From a virus (Duplodnaviria > Caudoviricetes), in the IMG/VR virus record IMGVR_UViG_3300050162_000127, positions 1 to 25,469 of that record: a stretch of 25,469 bases of DNA; one strand, written 5' to 3'. The notes beneath the pieces are model-generated. The model was given only the letters and a program-made list of their open reading frames with translations. It had not been told where the DNA came from and did no database searches. The translations under genes were made by a program, and so were the position numbers. Shown piece by piece: positions 14,707 to 24,561 of the stretch (within the stretch, counting starts at the first letter, position 1; each line of letters starts with the position of its first letter).

Positions 14707-14938
14707 GGATCACCCTTTGAATGATGGGCGCTTGAATCGTGTCGATCTTGGAGATCGCCGCAGCCGCGACTTGAAGGGCTTTGCCTTGCGCATCACGCGC
14801 CGCTGATTGCTCGGCCAGGTGCTTTGCATCGCTTGCCGACGCGCCCATGTGATAGCCCTTGAGTAGCGCCGCGCCGATCAGCACAGCAAGGCCCAGCAGA
14901 GAGGCCAGGGCGGCTATCAGGCGGGCTTGTAGGGTCAC
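14573..14938 (-). CDS. Rz-like i-spanin
   Basis: N-terminal TM helix, Ala-rich helical region, directly after the endolysin. Confidence 0.8.
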   Translation of the reverse strand: MTLQARLIAALASLLGLAVLIGAALLKGYHMGASASDAKHLAEQSAARDAQGKALQVAAAAISKIDTIQAPIIQRVIHETTTIPVYADCHNDSRVMRDLNAALTNSEPASDSAMPAASAPQ

Positions 14939-15372
14939 GCTAGCCCCTCGGCATACCTTGCCTTGCCGCCGTCAAAATGAGCCGTTAGAACCTGCTTGCG
15001 TGGCTTGCTGGTGAACGACACATGCAGCCATGAGCCCTCCATGATCAACTGATCAAATGTGAGCTTGCTTGCGACGATAGCGCGGGCCACTTGAAGCGGC
15101 GAGCCAAAGCCAGGCGCGATGAAATCGACAGCCTGCCCGAGCGTGTGCTGACTATCCACTGCGCCGCCTACCGCGTGATTGACTGCGGTTGACCTGTAGC
15201 CACTGGTGACGATGATCGGCACACCAAGCAAGGTGCGGATGCCCTCAAGGCCAAGCGCCGTTTTGAGCAACGCAGGCAGCACCGAATCAGGCGGGCTGTT
15301 GTTGATGCTGAAGCGCGTGGCCGCCTGGCTTTGAAGGAACTCGGCTAGGCTGAAATGGGTGGATAGGTTCAT
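14935..15372 (-). CDS. endolysin, peptidase M15A family
   Basis: LSTHFSLAEF, SGYRS..VN.AVGG...SQH..GQAVDF, WLHVS (H, D, H Zn ligands). Confidence 0.92.
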   Translation of the reverse strand: MNLSTHFSLAEFLQSQAATRFSINNSPPDSVLPALLKTALGLEGIRTLLGVPIIVTSGYRSTAVNHAVGGAVDSQHTLGQAVDFIAPGFGSPLQVARAIVASKLTFDQLIMEGSWLHVSFTSKPRKQVLTAHFDGGKARYAEGLA

Positions 15373-15746
15373 AGCCCCACCTTATCGCCCACCTTATCGG
15401 CGCCTTTGTCGCGGATCTTGTTTGACAGACTTTGAAGCATACCGACAAGGCCCCAGAACAGCGCACCGACGATGAAAAGCACGGTACTGATCACGCCCAA
15501 ATCATCGACCGTGGAGCCGCTGAAAAGCCACGGCACGTAGTGACTTGCTGCGCGGCACGCGGGGGTGCCCATGAGCACGCCACCCACGCCCGCACCGATG
15601 GCGCGCCACCACGTATCCTTGCGCGTCTCAGGGTGGTAGGCGGCAATGATTGCCGCGCCCACAGCCGAGGCCGCGAACATCGTGCCGACTTTAGCCAGCC
15701 CCGCGCCTGCAACAGCGCCCGTTCCGAGTTCCATATGCTTTTCCAT
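15369..15746 (-). CDS. putative holin
   Basis: 2-3 hydrophobic segments, charged C-terminus, ATGA-coupled to the endolysin; second Met at codon 5. Confidence 0.75.
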   Translation of the reverse strand: MEKHMELGTGAVAGAGLAKVGTMFAASAVGAAIIAAYHPETRKDTWWRAIGAGVGGVLMGTPACRAASHYVPWLFSGSTVDDLGVISTVLFIVGALFWGLVGMLQSLSNKIRDKGADKVGDKVGL

Positions 15747-15809
15747 TTCCGATCCTGACGGCCAGGATTAACACTCCCCACTGCTGCCGCTCGCAGTGAG
15801 GGCGGGGGG

Positions 15810-16169
15810 TCATTTGCTCAGCGCGTGCATGTAGTTTTGCAGCGTGATTCCTGCCGCTGACCGGGCCTCTGCTTTGATTTGCGCAATCTCAGCATCAGTC
15901 GGCGGGGTCATGAATTGACACGGCTGCTCGACGTACTCCACACGCGGTGGCCTGCGGGCTGGCCTGCGGGCTGGGGGCGGCGTGAACTCAAGCGCCGCCC
16001 TGCCAGCATCGGTCAGGCTCACGGTGATGGCGATGTGTGCAGCCCTGCGTAGCCGTGTCGATGGATTTGACAGCGAGCGATCATCGCGCAGCATGTCCTG
16101 GTATTCGGCCAGGTCCATCGATCCGCCCGACTCAGACAGCGCGGTCAGGATTCGGCGCGGCCCGTTCAT
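15810..16169 (-). CDS. hypothetical protein, possible winged-helix N-terminus
   Basis: Start at ATGA overlap 16169; RRILTALSESGGSM...VSLTDAGRAAL resembles a wHTH wing. Confidence 0.55.
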   Translation of the reverse strand: MNGPRRILTALSESGGSMDLAEYQDMLRDDRSLSNPSTRLRRAAHIAITVSLTDAGRAALEFTPPPARRPARRPPRVEYVEQPCQFMTPPTDAEIAQIKAEARSAAGITLQNYMHALSK

Positions 16170-16726
16170 GGCCTGCCCGCAAGGATCTTTGCCACCGATG
16201 CGGGATCGCTCCACACTGGCAGCAATGCGGGATCAATCACGGTGGTTGTCAAGGCGCTTTTCGCAGCCTCAGCAAACCCGCTTTTGCTCGCTGCAAATTT
16301 GAGCAGCGCATCGGCGCAATTCATGGCGCCAGCACATGCCATGACCACCGGCACGGCTTTGATGGGGTCAGCATTCGGGCACCACCAGGCCGCCCACCCG
16401 AAGCTATTGAGGCCCAGCGCTTCGTTGTGGGTGAACCCTACGCCAGTGCCGCCAGCGAGCTTTGGCACACATGCGTCGGGGCCTTGGATGGGGTAGACCC
16501 AGCACACGGCCCAGTCGTTAGCCCCAAGCGCTTTGGGCAGCGAAGGGAAATAGCGCGGGTCGCATTGAAAAGTTCCCGACTTGACTGCTGAGCTGACGTT
16601 GCCGGGTATGCCGTAAACGACAAGCTGCGGGGTATCAAGCGTGGTCGTTGTGTAGCCGTTGATGAGTGTCTGCGCCCAGGCTTGAGAGCACAGCAGGAGG
16701 GCGAGGAAGGTGATGAGTTTTTTCAC
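16166..16726 (-). CDS. secreted hypothetical protein (signal peptide, Cys-containing)
   Basis: MKKLITFLALLLCSQAWA/Q is a classical signal peptide; six Cys in the mature part. Confidence 0.75.
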   Translation of the reverse strand: MKKLITFLALLLCSQAWAQTLINGYTTTTLDTPQLVVYGIPGNVSSAVKSGTFQCDPRYFPSLPKALGANDWAVCWVYPIQGPDACVPKLAGGTGVGFTHNEALGLNSFGWAAWWCPNADPIKAVPVVMACAGAMNCADALLKFAASKSGFAEAAKSALTTTVIDPALLPVWSDPASVAKILAGRP

Positions 16727-18921
16727 AGTGGGTATACCTTGAAGTTTTTGATGTGGGTGCCGGTTGTCATGGTTTGTGGAGTGCCGGATGTACGCAACCC
16801 AGCTCGGCCTGTCGCGGTGATGCTGGCGTCTGTCGCCGTCACAGCCACCACCCCATCCACCTTCCCCGTCAGGGTTGAGCCATTGACCTCAAAGCGCAGC
16901 GTTTTCGTTTGACCAACAGTGAACGTGGCTGCGTATGTGGCCCCGATCTGCGTGTTTGTGCCGCCGACTGTTTTGAAAATCTGCCAACCTCCAGCCGTCC
17001 GCGAGTAGCGGAACAAATACAGATCATTGGGAGAGGCTGAGGCAGATGCGCGAGCGCAGACACCGGGGGTATCTGTAATCTCGCTCAGACAAACAAGATC
17101 GGCCTCTACTGCGTAGTTTGCTGACGGAGGCGCGTAGTTGTAGATATAGATCCCGCCAACCGTGTCGGTGTTGTAGACCCCACCCGATCCGTTTAGGTAT
17201 GTCGGCAATGCGGGAGGATTCGGCGGGAACGGTTGCCAGGTCTGGGCTGACTCCGATAAGTGGTCAGTCAGCAGAACCCCGCTCTGACCGAAGAACGTAT
17301 CATTTGCACCAACGCCAGCGCCGAGGTAGTACACACCATCGGTGTAAATGCCTGCGCCATTCGTGCAGCGAAATACCAGCGCGGCGCTGGTGAATCCGCC
17401 AGGGCAGGCGCCTGACAGAATGCGCGTCACCGGGTCAAATGACAGCCACCCGGGACCAGATACCAGCGTCAGCCCCGAGTGTGACCCGTGGGGGCAATTG
17501 CCGTTGTCCCAATTGCGTGCACCGCGTGGAATTGTGTAGCTGTAGGCCGCACCCGGGGTTGGTGCAGGCAGCGCTGGTATCGTCAGCTTAGGGCGCACGT
17601 AGACCGCAAAACGGAGCGGCTTTGCAAACCCAATATCAGATCGCTCAGGATACACAGCGCCGTGTACCACCCCGGCCTGCACGCTAAACGTGTTGGAAAA
17701 GGCCAGGGTGCGTGTGCCTGACGTGTACGTTGTGCCGACTGGGTAGGTATCAGCAACATCAAGCGGCGATGTGTATTCATCGACTCGACCGGGGCCGTTG
17801 ATATCGGTTGCGTGGTGGAACTTGATGCGCTCATTTGTGACCGCTGCGCCCCAGACTGACGATTGCGACGGCAACACCAGCGACCCGACTGAGCCGTAAT
17901 CAATTTCAAGCGTCGTGTTCCCGCCTGCCGCTGCAACAGCAACCGACGCACTGGGAATCCAAACGCGGTAGCTGCTTATTTCCGTCGTGAACTCACTCGT
18001 GCTCGTCCATTTTGACTCGTCGTACGTATAGCCACGCGCAGCGCCGGAAATGATCGCGCCAAACATGAAATACCAGAGACTGTTTAGCCGGGTGCTATCG
18101 TAATTGTCAGTTGTGCTGCCGACCAGTGTGACTCCATCGTCTGCGTATGTTTCGAGCTTGATCGTCGTCGCCGTGAAAGTGGCGCGAGTGATCTGCCAAG
18201 CCCCATCCGTCTTTGATGCGTAAGTCTGGGGGGTCCAGTCGCCGCCCGTCTCGTACGCCGCCAGGCCAGAGGCTGCGTTTGTGTACTCAAAATAGTCATC
18301 CTCTTTGCCCGCCACGGCCTCGGCGCCGCCACGCGCCAGAAGCGCCCAGTACGACACACCCGCATTTACGCCGGGCACGGAGATATCGAGCGCGGCAGGC
18401 ATATTCATGCGCCAGCGCCACTCGACGATGCGGGCGCCAGTTGCGGCTGAATGAGCGAGCCCGTGGACATGGCCCTGCACAACTGGGCGGTATGTGAACG
18501 ATGGGCCGCTAGCGTTGGAGCGAACGCCAAGCAGTGGACGCTCTGACGCTGTAGCAGTGCGGCCTTTCAGCCTCATCACGCCGCCCGACATAGTGATAAT
18601 GTCGCCCAGGCTTGGGATCGGGACACCATCATTCGCGTCAGCGTGGCCGGTCGAATATGGGTCGCCCGTGTACGACACGGATGTAAGCGCCGTGTGGCGT
18701 CGGTCGCGCTGACTGAATGCAGGGCTCCATTTGCCAAATGGGTTTCCGGGTCGGATCAATTCGCTAGACAATGCGCCGTCGAATTTCTCGACGTGGGCCA
18801 GCGTATAGCCCACGTAAGCGCCGGTGCCTGCCGCCCCCTCCGAAAGCAACTCAAGCACATCGATGCGCGGCACCCCATAGGCTGCGGCGATGATTGCCGC
18901 AATGGTATTTGGGTAGGCCAT
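16723..18921 (-). CDS. large tail-associated carbohydrate-binding protein (GH16/ConA-like + Ig-like + ConA-like)
   Basis: EDDYFE fits the GH16 ExDxxE motif; PGWLSFDPVTRILSG resembles the phage Ig-like repeat; C-terminal LRFEVNGSTLTGKVDG...GRAGLR is lectin-like. Alternative GTG start at 18927. Confidence 0.65.
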   Translation of the reverse strand: MAYPNTIAAIIAAAYGVPRIDVLELLSEGAAGTGAYVGYTLAHVEKFDGALSSELIRPGNPFGKWSPAFSQRDRRHTALTSVSYTGDPYSTGHADANDGVPIPSLGDIITMSGGVMRLKGRTATASERPLLGVRSNASGPSFTYRPVVQGHVHGLAHSAATGARIVEWRWRMNMPAALDISVPGVNAGVSYWALLARGGAEAVAGKEDDYFEYTNAASGLAAYETGGDWTPQTYASKTDGAWQITRATFTATTIKLETYADDGVTLVGSTTDNYDSTRLNSLWYFMFGAIISGAARGYTYDESKWTSTSEFTTEISSYRVWIPSASVAVAAAGGNTTLEIDYGSVGSLVLPSQSSVWGAAVTNERIKFHHATDINGPGRVDEYTSPLDVADTYPVGTTYTSGTRTLAFSNTFSVQAGVVHGAVYPERSDIGFAKPLRFAVYVRPKLTIPALPAPTPGAAYSYTIPRGARNWDNGNCPHGSHSGLTLVSGPGWLSFDPVTRILSGACPGGFTSAALVFRCTNGAGIYTDGVYYLGAGVGANDTFFGQSGVLLTDHLSESAQTWQPFPPNPPALPTYLNGSGGVYNTDTVGGIYIYNYAPPSANYAVEADLVCLSEITDTPGVCARASASASPNDLYLFRYSRTAGGWQIFKTVGGTNTQIGATYAATFTVGQTKTLRFEVNGSTLTGKVDGVVAVTATDASITATGRAGLRTSGTPQTMTTGTHIKNFKVYPL

Positions 18922-18923
18922 GC

Positions 18924-19778
18924 TCACGCCTTCCCACCAACCACGTCATAGACATCGGTGCCGATCTGGACAAGCGCGCAATATGGGCTCGTTGCACCGG
19001 TCGTGCGCACGTCATTGACTGTCGCTCCGCTGCCAGCAGTGACAGTTACGGTGCCGCGAATTGCGCAACCAAATCCGGAGCCAAGACCGGCAGGGACGGT
19101 TGCGGCCTGGGCCGATGAGCACACCAACGTGACGCCAGCATCTGCGGACGTGAGCGCCCGACTTGTGAACGCCACAGGCGCACTCAGGCTGCTTGAGGAT
19201 GTGGTGAAGACCTGATAAGCGCCTGCCGTCACCTCGATCAGCACAATGCGAGTCTTGGCGCCAGTGGTCACAGCAGTGCCCGTAAGAGTGGCAGTGCCAG
19301 CGGTAGCAGTCAGCGTTCCCGTGCCAGACTGCACAAGCTCAAGGCGACCAAGGCCAGGGATCAGCGTCACCGTGTAAGCGGTGCTGGTGGAGTTGATCAG
19401 GTTGGCGCCAGCGTCAGCAGCAGTCAGTGCGCGGTTGGCGGTGATCTGGATGCCAGCGATGGGCACGCGCAGGGCATCAGCCGCAGCTTGAGCGGTGCTC
19501 ACCGGCTTGGATGCATCGGGCGTGTTGTTGACGTTGCCCAGACCCACGGCAGCAGCATTGAGGCCGGATGGCTGCACGGCGGTGCTGGCAGCGGTCAGCG
19601 CCGCTTGGCTTACAGCATCAAGGTCAGCAGCAGGGATGCCGGTGCCAGGCTTGGCGTACTTGGCGTTTGCCGTGTTCTGAGCCGCCGTGACGCGGCCATC
19701 AAGATCGGCATCGTTTGCATTGATCTTCGTGCGCTGCTCAAGCAGCGTTGCACCGTCTACGAGGGGTTGGATTGCCAT
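18924..19778 (-). CDS. tail-fibre-like structural protein
   Basis: VGLGNVNNTPDASKPVSTAQ tail repeat; duplicated RALT(A/S)ADAG module; Ala/Thr/Gly-rich. Confidence 0.75.
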   Translation of the reverse strand: MAIQPLVDGATLLEQRTKINANDADLDGRVTAAQNTANAKYAKPGTGIPAADLDAVSQAALTAASTAVQPSGLNAAAVGLGNVNNTPDASKPVSTAQAAADALRVPIAGIQITANRALTAADAGANLINSTSTAYTVTLIPGLGRLELVQSGTGTLTATAGTATLTGTAVTTGAKTRIVLIEVTAGAYQVFTTSSSSLSAPVAFTSRALTSADAGVTLVCSSAQAATVPAGLGSGFGCAIRGTVTVTAGSGATVNDVRTTGATSPYCALVQIGTDVYDVVGGKA

Positions 19779-19802
19779 GGTCTTGTCTTTCAAGCGAGCA
19801 GC

Positions 19803-19824
19803 AAAAAGCCGCCCGAAGGCGGCT
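19803..19824 (-). terminator. intrinsic terminator
   Basis: Minus strand AGCCGCC-TTCG-GGCGGCT followed by a T tract. Confidence 0.8.
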
Positions 19825-19845
19825 CGCTAAGGTTGCAAATGTTGG

Positions 19846-20238
19846 TCAGGCTTCCTGCCAGGTCAGCGCGTCATTCCACGCAAGGCTGTCAAGCCACTGG
19901 GTCAGCGCAGCAGCGCCACCAGACATGCCGCCAAGCAGTTGCTCAAGGGTGATGGACGCAACGTTAGGGACCGTGATGTCGTGGAAGTACATGGGCATTG
20001 ACTGCCCAGGAATCAGGATCTGGAACGTGTAGGTGGTCGTGCTGGCGCCCAAAGAGTTGGGCCACAGATTCATCGCACATCGGCCAGATTGATTTGAGGT
20101 TTTGCTTTGCGATGTCGGGACGATAAGGCCCTGATACACAATCGGCGCGGTCAGTGTGGCCGTCACTTTGGCGCCAACAATCGCCCCGCCATCTGGGGCA
20201 ACTAGCGTGGCTGTGACTTGGCAAACAGGAATGGTCAT
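19846..20238 (-). CDS. hypothetical virion-associated protein (130 aa, beta-rich)
   Basis: ATG 20238; GAKVTATLT...G.C.MNLWPN pattern seen at the N-termini of phage fibre-associated proteins. Confidence 0.65.
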   Translation of the reverse strand: MTIPVCQVTATLVAPDGGAIVGAKVTATLTAPIVYQGLIVPTSQSKTSNQSGRCAMNLWPNSLGASTTTYTFQILIPGQSMPMYFHDITVPNVASITLEQLLGGMSGGAAALTQWLDSLAWNDALTWQEA

Positions 20239-20252
20239 ACGTTGCCCCAAAG

Positions 20253-20276
20253 AAAAAGCCCGCATGAAGCGGGCTT
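20253..20276 (-). terminator. intrinsic terminator
   Basis: Minus strand AAGCCCGC-TTCAT-GCGGGCTT followed by T residues. Confidence 0.75.
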
Positions 20277-20295
20277 GGGTTGTGTGCGGCGCTGC

Positions 20296-20625
20296 TTATT
20301 CGCAGTGCTTGCCGGTCGGGTCGAGCGGGTCAAGCAATTGAGAGCAAAGCCACTTGGCGGCTTTGAACCGCCAGTCTGTGTGCGTGGTCAGGTAGCGGTG
20401 CAGGCGACTTGTCACCAACCATTCGCGCGGCAACTCGGCGAACACCAACGAGGCGATGAGGATGTTGGCGATCACGTCCACAAGGTACGCGGCCAAAACA
20501 ACCGGCGCAGCAAACACACGGATCGTGGTCGTCAATCCATGGGCAAGCTGCACGCGGTAGATGTTCATGGCCGCCACGAACAGCAGCCAGAAAACATAGA
20601 GGAATGCGGCGAGCTTGAGCATCAC
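20296..20625 (-). CDS. phage membrane protein
   Basis: Two hydrophobic segments; C-terminal LLDPLDPTGKHC; coupled to the upstream gene. Confidence 0.75.
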   Translation of the reverse strand: MMLKLAAFLYVFWLLFVAAMNIYRVQLAHGLTTTIRVFAAPVVLAAYLVDVIANILIASLVFAELPREWLVTSRLHRYLTTHTDWRFKAAKWLCSQLLDPLDPTGKHCE

Positions 20626-21080
20626 GACACCACCGGGCGAGTGGGCTTGGCGGGCAGCGCAGCAAGCAGGGATGCGGTGTCGGTGGGGCGTGGGTGTGTG
20701 CCAGCCTTGATGCTGTCAAGGTACGCAAAGCACGCGCTGCCAAAGTTGGCAATAGCGGTGCCTTCGGCGTTGTACTTGGCGCTCACATCGCCCTTGTAGG
20801 TGCGGGCTGATTTGTAGTCCGCATAGCCCCATGAGTTGGCCAGTGCATCCAACATTGACGTGACGGCAGCGCCAGCCATTGCCTCAAGTTGGGCCTCTGT
20901 CGGCGCGGGTATGGTTGGCTTTGAGAAAGCGCCGCCGCTGTAGAGGTCGCCAACAGCCACTGTGCTTCCGGCATCCACCCAGACAATCGCCGGGTGGAAC
21001 ATCTGCGCAATATCGCCATCCGTTGCCAACAGCTCGGCCACGATGCCGTCATTGATGCGTGCGTAGGTTTTCATGGTCAT
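20622..21080 (-). CDS. tail fibre assembly/chaperone-like protein
   Basis: KTYARINDGIVAE...MFHP...WVD N-terminus; LDALANSWGY..Y.SA..Y C-terminal module; directly after the tail fibre gene. Confidence 0.75.
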   Translation of the reverse strand: MTMKTYARINDGIVAELLATDGDIAQMFHPAIVWVDAGSTVAVGDLYSGGAFSKPTIPAPTEAQLEAMAGAAVTSMLDALANSWGYADYKSARTYKGDVSAKYNAEGTAIANFGSACFAYLDSIKAGTHPRPTDTASLLAALPAKPTRPVVS

Positions 21081-22372
21081 GCGAACTCCAACACGGTAAT
21101 CAGGGCCGCCCCGCCAGCATTTCCAGCGATAGCGGAAGACGATGAGCCAATGGCTGCGCCGTATGCGCCAACGCCATAGTCACCGCATATAGAGGCGCCC
21201 GGTGCGCCACCCATGACGCCACCACCGATGGTGCCGATTGCGGCGCCGCCAACGTTGCCGGACGACATGGCTATTACCGTTCCACTGACTGATGGGGTGC
21301 CAGCAGCGAGCGCCCCAGAGGTTATGTTAACTGCAATCGCAGTAGGGCCATAGCTGCTTGTCCCCTTTCCGCCGGGGCAGGAAATCAGCGAACCGAAGCT
21401 AGCTGTGCTGCCATTGCCGCCAGTTGTTGAGCCCGCCGCGCCGGCTGCGCCGCCAGCAGGGATTGTCAAAATCTGGCCGCTGCCAATTTGCGCAGCAGTC
21501 AGCTTGCATTTTGCGTATGCGCCACTGCTGCTACCGGCAGAGCCTGAATAGGATGATCCGGTAGCCGGTGCGCCGCCAGTGCCACCACCGGGCGCCTGGA
21601 CATCCACGATGGAAAACGACATGCCAGGTGTCGGTGTGTGCGTCTGCCCATTGTTCGCGGTGGTGTAAACGCGCACACCGATCAATCGGCCAGCGACTGG
21701 GTGCGCCGGGTAAACAGATGTGCTGTCGCAATAGACCAGCGTTGGCGTTGATGGTGGCGCATCGGTGCCGGCACCGGATGCCGTCTTGCACGTCAGCGTA
21801 AAGGCGCCTGACGTGTTGTTGACGACCACCCACTCACCCACGATGGCAGGGAACACGATCTGCGCGTTGCTGGTCAGCGTGCCGGTGATGTTGATGATGT
21901 TCTTGGCGTACTGGGCCGCCGTGAGCGTCACAGTGCCGCCTGTTGCGCTCACGGTGGCCATGCCGTAGTTCACGTCAGGAACCCAGCCGGCGCCGCCCGC
22001 ATCGGGATCGGTCGTGTTGTTGTCGGCCTGGTTGAGCCAATAGCCCGTGCCATCAGATCGCAGCACGCGGGCGCCCTTGGGGTAGCCGCCCACCTTGGCG
22101 TCAGCAGCGAACGCACTGTTGTACGGCACGCCGCCGCCAGCACTTTGCCAACGGTTCCATGCTGACACCATGTTGAGGATGCCGTTCACGTCCAAGCCGC
22201 TTGGAGGCACACCGCCGCTGGTGAGCGGGGTCATGGTCAATGGCGGGAACCCATCGTTGAGCGACGCGCGGCCATCTACCACGCCGATTTGCGATGCTGC
22301 GGGGATGGTGTTCTTGGACCCGGCGTCTGCAAACGCCTGAATGATCCGCAATGGGAGTTGACTAAGCTGCAT
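21077..22372 (-). CDS. tail fibre protein with Gly-rich C-terminal domain
   Basis: Baseplate-anchor motifs ASLNDGFPPLTMTP...GGVPPSGLDVNGILN and GGYPKGA; start 22372 (MQLSQLP). Confidence 0.88.
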   Translation of the reverse strand: MQLSQLPLRIIQAFADAGSKNTIPAASQIGVVDGRASLNDGFPPLTMTPLTSGGVPPSGLDVNGILNMVSAWNRWQSAGGGVPYNSAFAADAKVGGYPKGARVLRSDGTGYWLNQADNNTTDPDAGGAGWVPDVNYGMATVSATGGTVTLTAAQYAKNIINITGTLTSNAQIVFPAIVGEWVVVNNTSGAFTLTCKTASGAGTDAPPSTPTLVYCDSTSVYPAHPVAGRLIGVRVYTTANNGQTHTPTPGMSFSIVDVQAPGGGTGGAPATGSSYSGSAGSSSGAYAKCKLTAAQIGSGQILTIPAGGAAGAAGSTTGGNGSTASFGSLISCPGGKGTSSYGPTAIAVNITSGALAAGTPSVSGTVIAMSSGNVGGAAIGTIGGGVMGGAPGASICGDYGVGAYGAAIGSSSSAIAGNAGGAALITVLEFA

Positions 22373-22997
22373 GGAAGGTGCCTTCGCTGAAGGGATACAG
22401 GCCGTTGGCCTGAGAGAAACCAAGGGTCTTGTCGGTGGCGCCGTTGGAGATGCTCACGCTCACGCCAGCGGGGCGAGGGAGCGCATCCGACTGCTGCAAG
22501 ACGGCCAATTCGTAGGGCTTGAGGTAGAAGCCGAACACGTACCTCATGGACATGCCGCCCAGGTCAACGGCATAGGCATTGCCCCGCCCTTTAAACAGGT
22601 TGCGCAGCAGCTTGTTGATCACGGGCGCCGTGGCCGCTGAGATGTTGGCCAGGGCCTTGACCATGATCAGCGTTCGGTATGCGTTGTCGCCAAGCACATA
22701 AGCCGAAGTTGATGCGGAGCCCTCGCCCCTGAATGGCGCACTGCCGAATGGGTAGAAGCCATCAGCAAAGCCAAACTGCGCGCCATCGGACGGCAGTTGC
22801 ATGACGCGGCCAACGTCCACAATCCGGCCCCAGATGTCGAGCCCAAAGCCTTGCGCCGTGTCCACGTTCCAAACCATGTCGAAGAACGCATCAATGTCGG
22901 CGCGCGGGTCGATGCAATCATTCATGCCACGAATCAGTTGCAGCAGCGCGGGGCTGTTTGCATACTGACTGATCACGGTTTGCTCAAAGTTGATCAT
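22362..22997 (-). CDS. baseplate wedge protein (DUF2612 family)
   Basis: TVISQYANSP, VWNVDTAQGFGLDIWGRIV, YRTLIMVKALANI, LPRPAGV. Confidence 0.9.
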   Translation of the reverse strand: MINFEQTVISQYANSPALLQLIRGMNDCIDPRADIDAFFDMVWNVDTAQGFGLDIWGRIVDVGRVMQLPSDGAQFGFADGFYPFGSAPFRGEGSASTSAYVLGDNAYRTLIMVKALANISAATAPVINKLLRNLFKGRGNAYAVDLGGMSMRYVFGFYLKPYELAVLQQSDALPRPAGVSVSISNGATDKTLGFSQANGLYPFSEGTFHAA

Positions 22998-24202
22998 GTG
23001 TTCGACACCGCAATGTCAGCAGCGGCCAGGGTCGGCACTTGGTCAATGCCTACGTCCACTGAATTGAGCGTGGCCGACGATGTGCCAACCAAGATGGACT
23101 TGATCAGGGCGAACGATCCAAGCGCGGCCACGGGCGAATAGAAGCGGCTGGCGAAGATGGTCGAGCCGATGCGCGCACGGGGAAGACCGTCGCCACCCAC
23201 AAAGGCCGAAAGCAGTGCGGCTTTGATCAGGTCTGAATAGTTCGCTGGGATGGCTGCATTGGCCGCCAGCACCACCGCGATCTTGATGGGCACGGTAGAT
23301 GGCCGCTGAAACGTCACTGCGTAGGTGGGGTATGGCGGGCTGTAGCCCTCCGAGTCCGTCACGGTCACGGTGGTGTTGCCCACCATGTCGCAGCCGACAT
23401 CCTTCTTTGACCAAATGGCCGCAGCCACATCTGCATCCGATCCGCCCACCGCCGCTACATAAAGCGAGTGAGCAGCCAGGCTCTTTGATGTGGCTCCCTT
23501 TGTCGCTGCGGAGCCGGTGAAGTTCTCGGTTGCGTAGCAGTCCAGCACGCCAGACACTTGCAATACTGCCGCCTTGATGCTGGCCAGCGATCCGTGGGCA
23601 TTGAGGGCAACCGATGCGCGGCGGCGAATCTCAAAGTCAGACTGAGACTCAACGTCAGATCCCACTACGCCACTGACCAGCGTTGCCGAATCCCACCCGG
23701 TGATGGTCTGATAAATAGACACTGCGCCAGGAACCGCAAGCGGGCCAGCCGTCAGGTTCGCAAATGGCAGTGTGATCGTGCCGCCAACCGGGATCGTGCC
23801 CGCCTGCGTGCATGCGTAGATGTTGCCGTCATCGCCCTTGACCTTGGCGCCCACTGCGATGACGGTCAATGCCAAGCCCATGCACGACACTTGCACAACC
23901 GTTGGCTCTGCTGGGTTGCGCTCAATGAAGTAAATGCGCCCAATGGCATCTTGAAACCGGCCCTGCGCATTGGCGGGGTCAACTTGGTTTGTGATGTAGG
24001 CGATCTGGTCGTTCTTTTCGCCAATGATGGCGGTCAGGCTTGATGCAATCTGGCCTTGTGGGGTTTCAAGTGCCGGGTTCAGATCGCCACCAAAGGCCGC
24101 ATTCATGTCGGCCAATGCGCCGTTCAAGATGTCGGATTCTTGGGGCAAAAGAATGCCGCTGGCGCCGAACGTGATGCTCGGCACGCTTGTCGTTGCTGTC
24201 AT
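22994..24202 (-). CDS. baseplate J-like protein
   Basis: LETPQGQIASS, GRFQDAIGRIYFIER, ESQSDFEIRR, HSLYVAAVGG. Confidence 0.92.
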   Translation of the reverse strand: MTATTSVPSITFGASGILLPQESDILNGALADMNAAFGGDLNPALETPQGQIASSLTAIIGEKNDQIAYITNQVDPANAQGRFQDAIGRIYFIERNPAEPTVVQVSCMGLALTVIAVGAKVKGDDGNIYACTQAGTIPVGGTITLPFANLTAGPLAVPGAVSIYQTITGWDSATLVSGVVGSDVESQSDFEIRRRASVALNAHGSLASIKAAVLQVSGVLDCYATENFTGSAATKGATSKSLAAHSLYVAAVGGSDADVAAAIWSKKDVGCDMVGNTTVTVTDSEGYSPPYPTYAVTFQRPSTVPIKIAVVLAANAAIPANYSDLIKAALLSAFVGGDGLPRARIGSTIFASRFYSPVAALGSFALIKSILVGTSSATLNSVDVGIDQVPTLAAADIAVSNT

Positions 24203-24210
24203 GTGGTGCC

Positions 24211-24561
24211 CTAGAAGCTGACGTTCTGCGCCGCGCCGTCAACGTCAATGAATTGGATTTGCCCGCCCAAGGTCCGCGCCGTGAATGAGGTAATCACGCA
24301 TTGAGCGGACACCACGCCAGGGACGGTCAAAGCCGCTTGAACTTCGTATTCCTTGAACAGCGCAGCGGGCGGCATTTCGCCCAGCACATCAGCGAAGTAC
24401 GGAATGCCCTTGCTCGTGTCATACCAAAGCTCTCCTGCGAACAACCGGCAGGCGCTGGCCACGTCCTGAGCGCGCGAATAGGGGTTGCGCGCAAGCGCAA
24501 TGTTCCCGTTTGTGTCAAGGCACAAGTCCCACGTCGTGCGATCAAGCAGCAATGTTTGCAT
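24211..24561 (-). CDS. baseplate wedge subunit (gp25/W-like)
   Basis: WDLCLDTNGNIA...AQDVASACRLFAGELWYDTSKGIPY; lies between the spike and J genes. Confidence 0.85.
   Translation of the reverse strand: MQTLLLDRTTWDLCLDTNGNIALARNPYSRAQDVASACRLFAGELWYDTSKGIPYFADVLGEMPPAALFKEYEVQAALTVPGVVSAQCVITSFTARTLGGQIQFIDVDGAAQNVSF

Noticed and set aside
16723-22372. Diversity-generating retroelement or invertible tail-fibre switch
   Set aside because: No reverse transcriptase, invertase or template/variable repeat pair was seen in the window.
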